64,000 nt of DNA from an uncultured cyanobacterium (lineage in GTDB: Bacteria > Cyanobacteriota > Cyanobacteriia > Cyanobacteriales > CAWCAG01). Below, piece after piece: positions 19,751-30,422 of the stretch; the first letter of the stretch is position 1; every line of letters starts with the position of its first letter. The translations under genes and the position numbers were made by a program. The DNA lies in NCBI GenBank assembly GCA_963793425.1, contig CAWCAG010000001.1:224001-288000 (forward strand), read 5' to 3'. Under the pieces are notes generated by a model that saw only the letters and a list, made by a program, of their open reading frames with translations, made no database searches and was not told the DNA's origin.

Positions 19751-21028
19751 ATGACTTCAACCCTGCTCAAATCTCCACCTCTAAATGCTCCTACAGTCCG
19801 TAAATTGCCTAATGGTTTAACTATTGTGGCAGAGCAAATGTCTGTAGATGCTGTTAACTTAAACGTCTGGTTTAATGTTGGTTCCGCTTTAGAGTCTGAT
19901 GCTATCAATGGTATGGCCCATTTTTTGGAACATATGATCTTTAAAGGTACATCTCGCTTAAAGTGCGGTGAATTTGAACGCTTGATTGAAGAACGAGGGG
20001 CCGTTACCAACGCTGCTACTAGCCAAGATTATACACATTACTATATAACCACTGCACCTAAAGATTTTGCGACCTTAGCACCTCTGCAACTTGAGGTGGT
20101 GATGAATCCTAGTATTCCGGATGAAGACTTTGCTAAAGAGCGTTTGGTAGTCTTGGAAGAGATTCGCCGTTCCCAAGATAATCCTGGTCGTCGCACCTAT
20201 CATCGTGCTATGGAAACTTGTTTTGCTGAGTTGCCTTATAGTCGTCACGTTTTGGGGTCTGCGGAGGTAATTGAAAAGCTTCAACCACAACAAATGCGAG
20301 ATTTTCATAGCTCTTGGTATCAACCCCAGTCTATGACGGCTGCGGTGGTAGGTAATTTACCTGTGGAGGAATTAATTGCTATTGTTACTGAGGGCTTACC
20401 CACCTTAGATCGTCCTTTTCCATCGATTCCTACCCGTCCTCAGTTAGAGCCAGAAAGTCCCTTTGTAGGCATTGTACGCAAAGAAGCCGTAGAAGAAAGA
20501 TTGCAGCAGGCGCGATTAGTTATGGGCTGGCGAGTGCCAGGTATGGCTCAATTAGAGGAAACTTATCCTTTGGATGTATTAGCAGTAATTTTAGGACAAG
20601 GAAAACTTTCACGACTATTTAGGGATTTGCGTGAAGAGCGAGGTTTAGTCTCTCATATCGGAGCAAGTAACTTAACCTACGCCCTGCAAGGAGTGTTTTA
20701 TATTTCTGCCCTCTTACCTTCAGAAAACCTCCCGGAAGTTGAACAGGCGATCGCCCAACATATCGACAAGTTACAAACTGAATTAGTAGCATCAGCAGAT
20801 ATTGAACGCATCCGCACCTTAGTAGCAAATCGTTTTATTTTCGGGAATGAGAAACCTAGCGCCCGTGCTAACCTTTATGGTTACTACCAATCTCAGTTAG
20901 GAGATTTAGCCCCGGCTATGGATTATACCGAGAAGATTCGTGCTTTGGAACCAGAAGATTTACAAAGGGCCGCACAACGCTATTTAAGTAAAGATGCTTA
21001 TGGAGTTGTAGCGGTAAAACCAGCTTAG
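19751..21028 (+). CDS. M16 family Zn peptidase (pitrilysin-like)
   Basis: GMAHFLEHMIFKG inverted zincin motif, NAATSQDYT. Confidence 0.93.
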   Translation: MTSTLLKSPPLNAPTVRKLPNGLTIVAEQMSVDAVNLNVWFNVGSALESDAINGMAHFLEHMIFKGTSRLKCGEFERLIEERGAVTNAATSQDYTHYYITTAPKDFATLAPLQLEVVMNPSIPDEDFAKERLVVLEEIRRSQDNPGRRTYHRAMETCFAELPYSRHVLGSAEVIEKLQPQQMRDFHSSWYQPQSMTAAVVGNLPVEELIAIVTEGLPTLDRPFPSIPTRPQLEPESPFVGIVRKEAVEERLQQARLVMGWRVPGMAQLEETYPLDVLAVILGQGKLSRLFRDLREERGLVSHIGASNLTYALQGVFYISALLPSENLPEVEQAIAQHIDKLQTELVASADIERIRTLVANRFIFGNEKPSARANLYGYYQSQLGDLAPAMDYTEKIRALEPEDLQRAAQRYLSKDAYGVVAVKPA

Positions 21029-21064
21029 AAATTAGGTGTAGTATTATGCCATCATTTCAAGACA

Positions 21065-21122
21065 GGCGACCCAATCAAAACTCTGATTTGTCGATAATTT
21101 TTGGAAAATTGGTCGCCCCTAC
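21065..21122 (-). repeat. GTAG-type REP-like inverted repeat
   Basis: GGCGACCCAAT ... ATTGGTCGCCCCTAC, related to 44660-44726. Confidence 0.55.
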
Positions 21123-21162
21123 AACTGATCATTGTAAGGCTTTGCCGTTGTCGTAGACATCA

Positions 21163-22035
21163 TTGAGTATGTGGAACAAAATTGCTGAACATATTTCCCA
21201 AGTTACGGGAGAGGCATTTACGATTAGTAATCAGCGCTCTGTGAGCGGAGGCTGTATCAATCAGGGTTATGCCATTAAAGATGATAATCGTACTTATTTC
21301 GTTAAGCTGAATCAAGCTTCCCAAGTAGAAATGTTTGCGGCGGAAGCTTTGGGCTTAAAGCAAATGTATGCGACTAAGACGATCCGCATTCCTCAACCGA
21401 TTTGTTGGGGTAGTGCGGGTTCTTCTGCCTATATAGTTATGGAGTGGCTGGATCTTGGTCGTGGCGGCGGCAATGAAGCTTGGCAAGCAATGGGGAAGCA
21501 GTTAGCCCAGATGCACCGAATTGGCAAAGCAGACAAGTTTGGTTGGGAACGTCACAATACTATCGGCTCTACCCCCCAAATCAATACCTGGGGTGAGGAT
21601 TGGGCAGAATTTTTTGCTGAACAGCGCATTGGTTATCAATTACAGTTGGCAAATAAACGGGGAGGTAACTTCCCTAATCCAGAACGAGTAGTTGCAGCAG
21701 TAAGAGAATCATTAGCTAGTTTAGAACCCCAACCTTCTTTGGTACATGGGGATTTGTGGTCAGGAAATGCTGCTGTCACGAATTCAGGGGAACCTGTTAT
21801 TTTAGATCCGGCTACTTACTACGGCGATCGCGAAGTTGATATTGCTATGACGGAATTATTCGGTGGTTTTCCTAGGGCTTTTTACCAGGGTTATAACCAA
21901 GAGTGGGGCCTCGATTCTGGTTATCAAGAACGCAAAACCCTTTATAACCTTTACCACGTCCTTAACCATTTCAATCTTTTTGGTGGCAGTTATGGTTCCC
22001 AAGCCAGTCGCATCATCAAGGAGATTTTGGTATAA
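21163..22035 (+). CDS. fructosamine kinase family protein
   Basis: SGGCIN, FVKLN, LVHGDLWSGN, DPATYYGDREVDIAM. Confidence 0.93.
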   Translation: MSMWNKIAEHISQVTGEAFTISNQRSVSGGCINQGYAIKDDNRTYFVKLNQASQVEMFAAEALGLKQMYATKTIRIPQPICWGSAGSSAYIVMEWLDLGRGGGNEAWQAMGKQLAQMHRIGKADKFGWERHNTIGSTPQINTWGEDWAEFFAEQRIGYQLQLANKRGGNFPNPERVVAAVRESLASLEPQPSLVHGDLWSGNAAVTNSGEPVILDPATYYGDREVDIAMTELFGGFPRAFYQGYNQEWGLDSGYQERKTLYNLYHVLNHFNLFGGSYGSQASRIIKEILV

Positions 22036-22229
22036 ACACTTAAGCAATAACTTGCAGGTAGCTGATAATTAGTCTACAATTGTTTAAAGATAAAATAAAG
22101 ATGCGATCGCAATCACCAGGTTGTGTGTATTAGTAACACTTAGGTTAAGTACTTACTATCACTACTTTTTTTACTCAAGTGAGAGATATTAAATATAGTT
22201 TCCTAAGAAACCTCAACCGAATTAAGATT

Positions 22230-22448
22230 ATGCTTCCTTACGTTCAGCTCATTCCCGGCTCTATTTCAGAAATTCTTGTTTCTGCCAACGAAACAGGTAC
22301 TATAACTTTAGCCGACCGCTACGGGCTTATGGCCGCTGCTTTAGATGATTCTTTAGAAGAAGATGAAAGGCGTTCAGTCAATCGTCTGCTGCGGGCTATT
22401 ATGAGAGGCAAGATCAAGGTTTCTCAAGAATTATCTGTGACAGAATAA
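22230..22448 (+). CDS. conserved small hypothetical protein (paralog of 6533-6751)
   Basis: ATG at 22230 gives 72 aa, same length as and highly similar to the ORF at 6533-6751. Confidence 0.8.
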   Translation: MLPYVQLIPGSISEILVSANETGTITLADRYGLMAAALDDSLEEDERRSVNRLLRAIMRGKIKVSQELSVTE

Positions 22449-22471
22449 GCTAACATTGCTGCGGATTAGTC

Positions 22472-22684
22472 ATGGAATTGATTATTTTTATTGCTGCGGT
22501 AATCGTCGCGTGGCTTGTATTTAACTTATTAGTCAAAATTGTTAAAACTAGCATCAAAACAGCAGTAACAGTAGCCATAATCGTCTTAATTTTACAACTA
22601 ATATTGGGTATTGGGCCACAAGACTTATGGCAAGCAATAGTTAGTCTCCCTGAAACCGTAGAAAACTTTCTGAACCCCAATTAG
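22472..22684 (+). CDS. small hypothetical membrane protein
   Basis: Two TM helices then GIGPQDLWQ. Confidence 0.75.
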   Translation: MELIIFIAAVIVAWLVFNLLVKIVKTSIKTAVTVAIIVLILQLILGIGPQDLWQAIVSLPETVENFLNPN

Positions 22685-22810
22685 CTACGTAATTGGATAG
22701 AGGTTTTACCGGAAGGGAGAAGAGGCGACTTTTATCTTTCTCATCTCGGCAACGAACAATAAATCGAGTAACCTAGATAAGATCCCTCACTTTTTTCAAA
22801 CGCAAACTAA

Positions 22811-24088
<1,278 letters not shown>

Positions 24089-24108
24089 AATTAGCTATTA
24101 ATTAAAAG

Positions 24109-24137
24109 AAGAGACGTTTACTTTGAACGTCTCTTTT
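24109..24137 (+). terminator. Rho-independent terminator of ahcY
   Basis: AAGAGACGTT-loop-AACGTCTCTT followed by T residues. Confidence 0.7.
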
Positions 24138-24158
24138 CAGTTTATTCAGAGTTCTTAA

Positions 24159-24300
24159 TTAAGAAACTTTCTTTTTCTTTGAGGTAGAAATAGCACCAAC
24201 AGTACCTAAAGCTAACAAAGCAAGAACAGAAGCTGGTTCGGGGACAGTTTCTACCTGGTTAGCAACAGTAGAAGCAGAACTAAACAAACCAGGTTCTCAT
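24159..24300 (-). pseudogene. orphan PEP-CTERM sorting-signal remnant
   Basis: Minus frame reads ...NQVETVPEPASVLALLALGTVGAISTSKKKKVS*. The upstream ATG (24300) is out of frame and an in-frame TGA precedes the fragment. Confidence 0.7.
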
Positions 24301-24468
24301 AATATTTTTGCTTATTTATACTTAGCTTTCTAGTTAAACTATGCCTCTGAGTTTAACTCCCCAACTTTACGAGTGGCTTCGGCCAAATGTCGTAGACGAA
24401 GATAGGGTTATTACTGAAGTGATTTAAAGGAAATAGTCTCGTAAAAAGTCAAAACCTTACAAACAAAA

Positions 24469-24905
24469 TTATTTCTTTTTTCTTTTACCTGAAGATTGAC
24501 GAGATTTCTTCTTTTTAGTATTCTCCTGAGTTAAACCAAAGCCTTTTCAATAATCTTGATTGTTTTTACTGCTTTTAAATCTACACCAAATAGAGTACAA
24601 AGGGTAGGAAAATCATCTCTGAACCAGTCATCATCTTCATTATTCAATAAGCCTAATATTGGTTCAAAAGCCTCTAAAGCTTTAAGCTGCCCTAATGCAC
24701 GCCAAGCATGAAGTGTACACCAAACTTCTGGACTATCTGATTTGGCTTGGTTAAGTTCTTCATCTGTGACCATTTTGATCAGTTCACTTATATGTTCCTG
24801 TCCTAAATTGAGTTCCTGAACATAATCTGGCCATTCTTGATTGGCTTGGCATTCCCCGTAATTAATTAACTCTGCCACAGGAGGTTGATATTTAGAGATG
24901 CTCAT
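24469..24905 (-). pseudogene. DUF1186-like protein, internally deleted
   Basis: N-terminal YQPPVAELINYG...HAWRALGQLKA...DDDWFRDDFP then loss of frame. A C-terminal tail KGFG...KKKKSRQSSGKRKKK* lies in another frame ending at 24469. Confidence 0.65.
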
Positions 24906-24994
24906 TTATTAACTTCCTCTGATTCGGTGTTTAAGCACTTTTCTACCTAACTCTTTCTCAGCAACTTTAGAGCAAATCTGGTTACTAAAAAACT

Positions 24995-25699
24995 TTAACT
25001 TTCTTGGCTTTCACTGATAGATTCAATTGGATTCTTCTCAGAAAAACCCCAGAAGAAAATTCCTGCTATGGCAACAATCATTAACCACTCTGGAGGAACT
25101 AATTCAGGATCGATCGCCCGAACCAATAAACGCAAACCGACTAATCCTACTGTGATATAACCGGCTGTTTCTAAATGAGTAAATATATCTAACCACTGGA
25201 TAAATAACCCAGCTAAAAATCTGAGGATAATTACACCTATAGTTCCCCCAATAATAACTAACCAAATTTGGTCAGAAATAGCGATCGCGGTAGTGACACT
25301 ATCTAGAGAGAAAGCCAAATCTGTTACGGCAATCATAGGGATCGCTTGCCATAATGAGACAAACTTCGGCCCATGTAATATTTCACTATCATCTTCATTA
25401 GAAGTAAAATAGTTAAAGACTAACCAAAGCAAATATAATGCTCCGATCACCTCAAACTGCCAGTATTGAATTACCCAAGTAGCTGTGAGGATGAGGATGA
25501 TACGAAGAACATAGGACGCTACTAGACCGAAATTGAGGGCCTTACGCTGGAGTTGCTTATCTTCAAAACCTTGGGCAATGGAGGCTAGGGCAATGGCGTT
25601 GTCTGCTGATAATACCGCTTCTAAGGCAATGAGAATAAATAAAATTAAAGGAGCTTCAATGCCTATATCGAGAGGAGAATTAAGAAGTGAGTCTAGCAT
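24995..25699 (-). CDS. TerC family membrane protein
   Basis: LEAVLSADNAIALA, DLAFSLDSV motifs. Confidence 0.92.
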   Translation of the reverse strand: MLDSLLNSPLDIGIEAPLILFILIALEAVLSADNAIALASIAQGFEDKQLQRKALNFGLVASYVLRIILILTATWVIQYWQFEVIGALYLLWLVFNYFTSNEDDSEILHGPKFVSLWQAIPMIAVTDLAFSLDSVTTAIAISDQIWLVIIGGTIGVIILRFLAGLFIQWLDIFTHLETAGYITVGLVGLRLLVRAIDPELVPPEWLMIVAIAGIFFWGFSEKNPIESISESQES

Positions 25700-25746
25700 T
25701 AAAAGTTTTTGATGGCGAGTTAAAAATATTCATGTAAATAATGTTA

Positions 25747-25795
25747 CCTTACTCCTTACTCCTTACTCCTTGCTCCCTGCTCTCTGCTCTCTACT
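25747..25795. repeat. short tandem heptamer repeat (STRR-like, CCTTACT/CCCTGCT)
   Basis: ccttact x3, ccttgct, ccctgct, ctctgct, ctctact. Confidence 0.75.
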
Positions 25796-25891
25796 GCCCA
25801 TTTTATGTATTCTTGTTACAGAATGTTTCGCAAATGGCAGTTGATAGCGCAAATTAGGAAAATAAACTCGAAGAATTAGGAGTTATTTATT

Positions 25892-25990
25892 ATGGGTTTA
25901 TCAGACACTCAAGTTTTCATCGCTTTGGCTATTGCCTTAGTACCAGGCATCCTTGCCTTGCGTTTGTCTACGGAACTGTACAAATCCTGA
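25892..25990 (+). CDS. psaM: photosystem I reaction centre subunit XII
   Basis: Manual translation [32 protein letters not shown], with AGGAG RBS upstream. Confidence 0.95.
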   Translation: MGLSDTQVFIALAIALVPGILALRLSTELYKS

Positions 25991-26358
25991 GTTTGTTGAA
26001 ATAAACAACCGTTAGTTTCTACTTTGGAGAGGTTAAAGGAGTTGGTTGTCACTTGTTGAGACACTATTGCCAACAAGTCACTCACAACCACCTTAGCCTC
26101 TTAATTTTTTTTTGTCGAGTTTCGGTTAGAACCGAGCAAATTGCTGTAAATTGTCTGAATAAGCATCAATGTGCAAGCTACGGAATTGTCATTGTTACTG
26201 GTTAGTTCTATCCCGATTCTATATGAGCCTAGAGGAATTTTGCTTTTCAGGTTAGAAAGCTAGCCACTGCGTACTGATTTTTTATCGCGATTTTTATTTT
26301 TACTAACCGTTTTGTAGTGGCCAGCAACGCACTCGCGAAAACTCGACTTTAAATTATA

Positions 26359-26724
26359 ATGAACGCACTTAGATCCCCAGAACCAACTCCAGTAAAAAAA
26401 CGTCCTTTGAAGACTAGACGCAAAAAGCTTCCTCAGCGTCAGCCTCAAGGTGCTATTGCTGCCGAGATAGCAGTAAAAGTACTAGCCAATGCTATTTTAT
26501 CTGTGGCGGCGATTACAGCATTAATTAAGCTTTTACCCCATCACTTTTCTCAACAATCTAAATTCAGTGATGTTAAGCAAGAAGCAAATCGTACGGAAAA
26601 ACGAGTCCAAGCTTTGCGGGAAAAATTGGAGTATACCCTGGGTACGGGTAATGAAGATGAAGTTATGAACTTACAAACTGGACTTAAAGATCCTGATAAG
26701 CTACCAGTAGTTTTTAATGACTAA
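26359..26724 (+). CDS. putative cell-division / septum-formation-initiator-like protein (slr1601-like)
   Basis: Basic N-terminus, one TM, coiled coil, located downstream of psaM. Confidence 0.55.
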   Translation: MNALRSPEPTPVKKRPLKTRRKKLPQRQPQGAIAAEIAVKVLANAILSVAAITALIKLLPHHFSQQSKFSDVKQEANRTEKRVQALREKLEYTLGTGNEDEVMNLQTGLKDPDKLPVVFND

Positions 26725-26737
26725 ATATCTTCAGAAT

Positions 26738-27397
26738 TTAGGCAGTGAGGGGAGGGAGAAGTTCTTGTAGCCAAGGTTCAACGTTTTTGTTATACTGCCC
26801 GGAAGTTGATTCCTGAGCTAAAGAGCGTTGGTAATCAGCTACAGCACAATTCCAATCTCCCCTGAGATGGTAGCTGCGTCCTCTTTCGGCATAAATTCTT
26901 CCTTGCAAACGCTTTCCTAAGGCTAAAGCTAAATCAAAGTTCTCTATAGCTAAATCGTATAATCCTAACTGGCGAAAAGCGATCCCCTGGTTAATCCAAG
27001 CCCGAATATTACCAGGATTAAAATCTAAAGCAACTTCATAATCTTTTAAAGCCGCAGCTAAGTTACCTTGAGAGGCGTAGCAATTAGCACGGTTATTGTA
27101 GGCATTATCTAAGCGAGGGTTGATTTCTATAGCTTGAGAAAGATCCGCGATCGCCTCAGAGAGTTGACCATTTTTGCTATACATTAGCCCCCGATTATTA
27201 TAATTGCTGGCATTATGAGGATTGCGTTCAATTAGCTGGGTAAGAATGGTGATCGCAGTTTGATAGTCTCCCCGTGCCGCTTTTTCTTCTACTGTTGTTA
27301 GTAAAGTTCTCTCCGAGTTTGGTTGTTCTTGCTCTGGACAAAACTCCACCGGATATAATCTTTGGGAAACAGAATTTTTTAAGCTGTCAGCGTTCAT
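26738..27397 (-). CDS. tetratricopeptide repeat protein
   Basis: Repeated YNNRG/AYNNRA/WINQG TPR units. Confidence 0.9.
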   Translation of the reverse strand: MNADSLKNSVSQRLYPVEFCPEQEQPNSERTLLTTVEEKAARGDYQTAITILTQLIERNPHNASNYNNRGLMYSKNGQLSEAIADLSQAIEINPRLDNAYNNRANCYASQGNLAAALKDYEVALDFNPGNIRAWINQGIAFRQLGLYDLAIENFDLALALGKRLQGRIYAERGRSYHLRGDWNCAVADYQRSLAQESTSGQYNKNVEPWLQELLPPLTA

Positions 27398-27699
27398 AAT
27401 TTTTTTGATTAACTTTTTTATCCTAGATTCACCCTAGCTTTTATTTCCTGGTCGTGACTTGCTACCCTGTGTCACTCAATTAATCGTCTCAACCTTAGAG
27501 GTAATCGAGACTTTTATAGATGCTCAAAAAAACTACAACGATAGTTAAAAAGATTCCGCAAATTGCCTTAACAGGTCTTAACGCCAATAAGTTACCGTCG
27601 CCGTCATAGAATAGACTGGTAGAGAAATAGATAAAGACTTCCTACATAACAATATTGAGACTTTTAATCGCGATCGCCCTTACCTTGATAATTTGAAAT

Positions 27700-28161
27700 A
27701 TGACTGCAACTTTATTTCCTAATGCACCAGATGTTAGCCAAGAAGATTACTGCGTATTTGGTTTGGCTACCTGTTTTGTTCGAGATGATAGCGAAGTTCA
27801 TCAAGTAGAAGTGATTGAACCAATTCCTTCTTCTGCCCTAGAAGCTATCCTCAAAGGTATCCCTACTTCCTACAAATTCGCTTGTGCCAAAGTTATAGGA
27901 GATATATTTGGTGAAGAACAACTACAACTTCCCCCTGATTTTCCTAGTGGAACACGATTTTGTGATGATTTTGTGGAAAGGGCTGTAGCTAGTTCGCGTA
28001 CCTATAAAACTCGCCCAGAAGCTATGGTACACATTCCGATCGGAACCCTAAAAGATGATTTTAATTATTCCCTAGAAAGAAAAAGAGTCCTGAATATGAG
28101 TCGTGTTGTCTCCACTGACGATAACGTTAAGCAACATTCCCATACTCACCAAGTACTTTAA
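27700..28161 (+). CDS. conserved hypothetical protein
   Basis: 153-aa ORF with good codon usage, ends DNVKQHSHTHQVL, upstream of GST. Confidence 0.75.
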   Translation: MTATLFPNAPDVSQEDYCVFGLATCFVRDDSEVHQVEVIEPIPSSALEAILKGIPTSYKFACAKVIGDIFGEEQLQLPPDFPSGTRFCDDFVERAVASSRTYKTRPEAMVHIPIGTLKDDFNYSLERKRVLNMSRVVSTDDNVKQHSHTHQVL

Positions 28162-28176
28162 AATAACCTAATTACT

Positions 28177-28737
28177 ATGCTGAAATTATACGGTGCTGCC
28201 CGTAGTCGTGCTGCTATTGTTGAGTGGTATCTTGAAGAGTTAAATATTCCCTATGAATTCGTTTCTTTGGATCTCACCGCAGGGGAACAAAAAAAACCAG
28301 CATTTTTAGCCATTAATCCCATTGGTAAAGTTCCCGCCATTGTTGATGGGGATTTTCAACTTTGGGAATCTGGAGCCATTCTGCTTTATTTAGCTGAAAA
28401 ATACGGTAAGCTGCCTGAATCATTAGAAGAAAGGTCAAAGGTCAACCAATGGCTCTTATTTTCTAATGCCACTTTAGCCACTGGCATATTCGTAGAAGCT
28501 AACCGAGAAAAAGAAACTCCTCGCTTATTGACCCCTCTCAATGAGATTTTCCAAAAACAACCTTTCCTATTAGGAGACGAATTTAGCGTTGCTGATGTGG
28601 CAGTAGGTTCCACCCTAGGCTACATTCCCATTATGCTTAAGCTGGATATTAGTGATTATCCTGCTGTCGAGAATTACATCAAAAAAATGGCTCAACGCCC
28701 TGCCTTTCAAAAAGCGATCGGTAGTCGTTTTGGTTGA
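28177..28737 (+). CDS. glutathione S-transferase
   Basis: NPIGKVPAIVDG..LWESGAILLYL, FSVADV. Confidence 0.93.
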   Translation: MLKLYGAARSRAAIVEWYLEELNIPYEFVSLDLTAGEQKKPAFLAINPIGKVPAIVDGDFQLWESGAILLYLAEKYGKLPESLEERSKVNQWLLFSNATLATGIFVEANREKETPRLLTPLNEIFQKQPFLLGDEFSVADVAVGSTLGYIPIMLKLDISDYPAVENYIKKMAQRPAFQKAIGSRFG

Positions 28738-28820
28738 CTAGACGGATTGATGGTAACTCGCTAACCTGGATGTGAGCAGATATTGCTTTTTATCTTTACT
28801 ACCTAACACCAATCATATTT

Positions 28821-28961
28821 ATGTCAGACCTAAATCGCGGCATCATGAAGTTCGACAATGCCGACAAACCTGTCGTTGTTGCTGTCTCCGCCGCCGTTAT
28901 CCTAAGCAGTATCCTTTTGCTAATTCTTTGGGCGCTTAGAGTTGCTTATATGGTTAATTAA
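28821..28961 (+). CDS. ndhQ: NDH-1 small subunit NdhQ
   Basis: Manual translation MSDLNRGIMKFDNADKPVVVAVSAAVILSSILLLILWALRVAYMVN*. The NRGIMKFD motif plus a single TM matches NdhQ. Confidence 0.85.
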   Translation: MSDLNRGIMKFDNADKPVVVAVSAAVILSSILLLILWALRVAYMVN

Positions 28962-28989
28962 AGTTTGGGGCGCTTTTGCCCCTTAACCT

Positions 28990-30057
28990 TTACCCAGTTT
29001 CCTTGTCACCCAGTCTCCTCGTCTTAACTCTTTTATGCCGAATACGATCGCGCCCCATATCTTTGGCCTCATATAAAGCAATATCGGCGAGTTTAATTAA
29101 TTGAGAAACTTGCAAATTCTCTGTTGCTGTTGCTGATATTTGACCAATACTCAGACTCAAAGAAAGGTTTAGCTGGTCTTCAATAATAGGTTCACTTCTT
29201 ACCCGCGATAAGATGCGATTAGCCAATAAGATGCCGCGATCGCTAGAACAATCTGTGGCAAAAACCAAAAATTCATCTCCGCCGTATCGGGCTACAAAGT
29301 CGTAATGTCTTAGGGAAGAACGAATTCTTTGGGCAACTTCTTTTAAAGCAATATCTCCTGCTACATGGCCATATTTATCATTAATATCTTTGTAGTAGTC
29401 AACATCCAATAACATTAAAACAACTTGCTGCTGTTTGCGTTTAGCACTTGAAAACTCACGACTCAAAAGCACTTCCATACCTTTACGATTCCACACCTTA
29501 GTTAGGGGATCAATTAGTGCTTCTCGCTTTGCTTCATTTAGTTCTGAAAGTAACTGGGCTTGGGCTTCGGTTAAAGCAGATAATCGCAGTTCATTCTCTA
29601 CCCATGCCGCAAGACTACTTAAGGTTTCTACATCTTTTGGTGAGAACTGTCGCGGAACTCTGTCAATGATACATAACGTTCCTAAATTTCTGCCATCATA
29701 CCTTAAAGGATGCCCAGCATAAAAGCGAATATGAGGTTCTCCTGTTACTAAGGGATTATCAGCAAAGTCTGGGTTAAGCCAAGTATCTTCGACAACTAAA
29801 GCTTCGTGGCTGAGAATGGCGTGGCCACAGAAGGAAATTTCTCTAGGGGTTTGAGATGCTGTCAAGCCCTGTACTGATTTAAACCACTGGCATCTTTCTG
29901 AAACAAGTGACACAAGAGCAATGGGAACATTAAAGATCGTTTGAGCTAATCTGGTGATACGATCAAAGCGCTCTTCAGCAGGGGAACAAACCATTCTCAC
30001 TGAATCAAGGGCTGCCAGTCTCTCTTTTTCATCACTAGGTATTTGTGGCCTTTTCAT
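28990..30057 (-). CDS. GAF + GGDEF diguanylate cyclase
   Basis: GAF (PREISFCGHAI, RFYAGHPL), DPLTKVWNR, I-site RHYD, RYGGDEF. Confidence 0.93.
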   Translation of the reverse strand: MKRPQIPSDEKERLAALDSVRMVCSPAEERFDRITRLAQTIFNVPIALVSLVSERCQWFKSVQGLTASQTPREISFCGHAILSHEALVVEDTWLNPDFADNPLVTGEPHIRFYAGHPLRYDGRNLGTLCIIDRVPRQFSPKDVETLSSLAAWVENELRLSALTEAQAQLLSELNEAKREALIDPLTKVWNRKGMEVLLSREFSSAKRKQQQVVLMLLDVDYYKDINDKYGHVAGDIALKEVAQRIRSSLRHYDFVARYGGDEFLVFATDCSSDRGILLANRILSRVRSEPIIEDQLNLSLSLSIGQISATATENLQVSQLIKLADIALYEAKDMGRDRIRHKRVKTRRLGDKETG

Positions 30058-30422
30058 GTTTGGTCAATTCAGGGCTTAATTATAAATTATACGGACTATC
30101 ACTAACAAAATTTTTAATCAGGCAATCGTTTCTAGATAAAATTACCCCATAAAGGCTTTATGGTTTCTCTATAAGAATTATTCCCAATGAGCCGTTGGGC
30201 ATTTAATTTACTTGTTACATAACTAACCTGTAACCTCTTTCATGCCAGTTTTTGAGGATCAGAAATTCCCTGCTAGGGTTTCGTACTTAAGGAGGATTTT
30301 AATGACTGAAATATCTGGTTTTGGGCAGATATTAAGTTATTTGAAGTTAAAACTAAGGACAGACGTTGATAAGGAGAGTTGATCGGCATCTTAATAAGTA
30401 GGGATATTAACGGATCTAGATT

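Noticed and set aside
22700..22800. SAH or SAM riboswitch upstream of ahcY
   Set aside because: A weak GCGA-loop hairpin is present, but I could not match the conserved SAH riboswitch motifs. An Infernal/Rfam search would be needed.
25909..26091. 60-aa minus-strand ORF in the track
   Set aside because: Antisense shadow of psaM.
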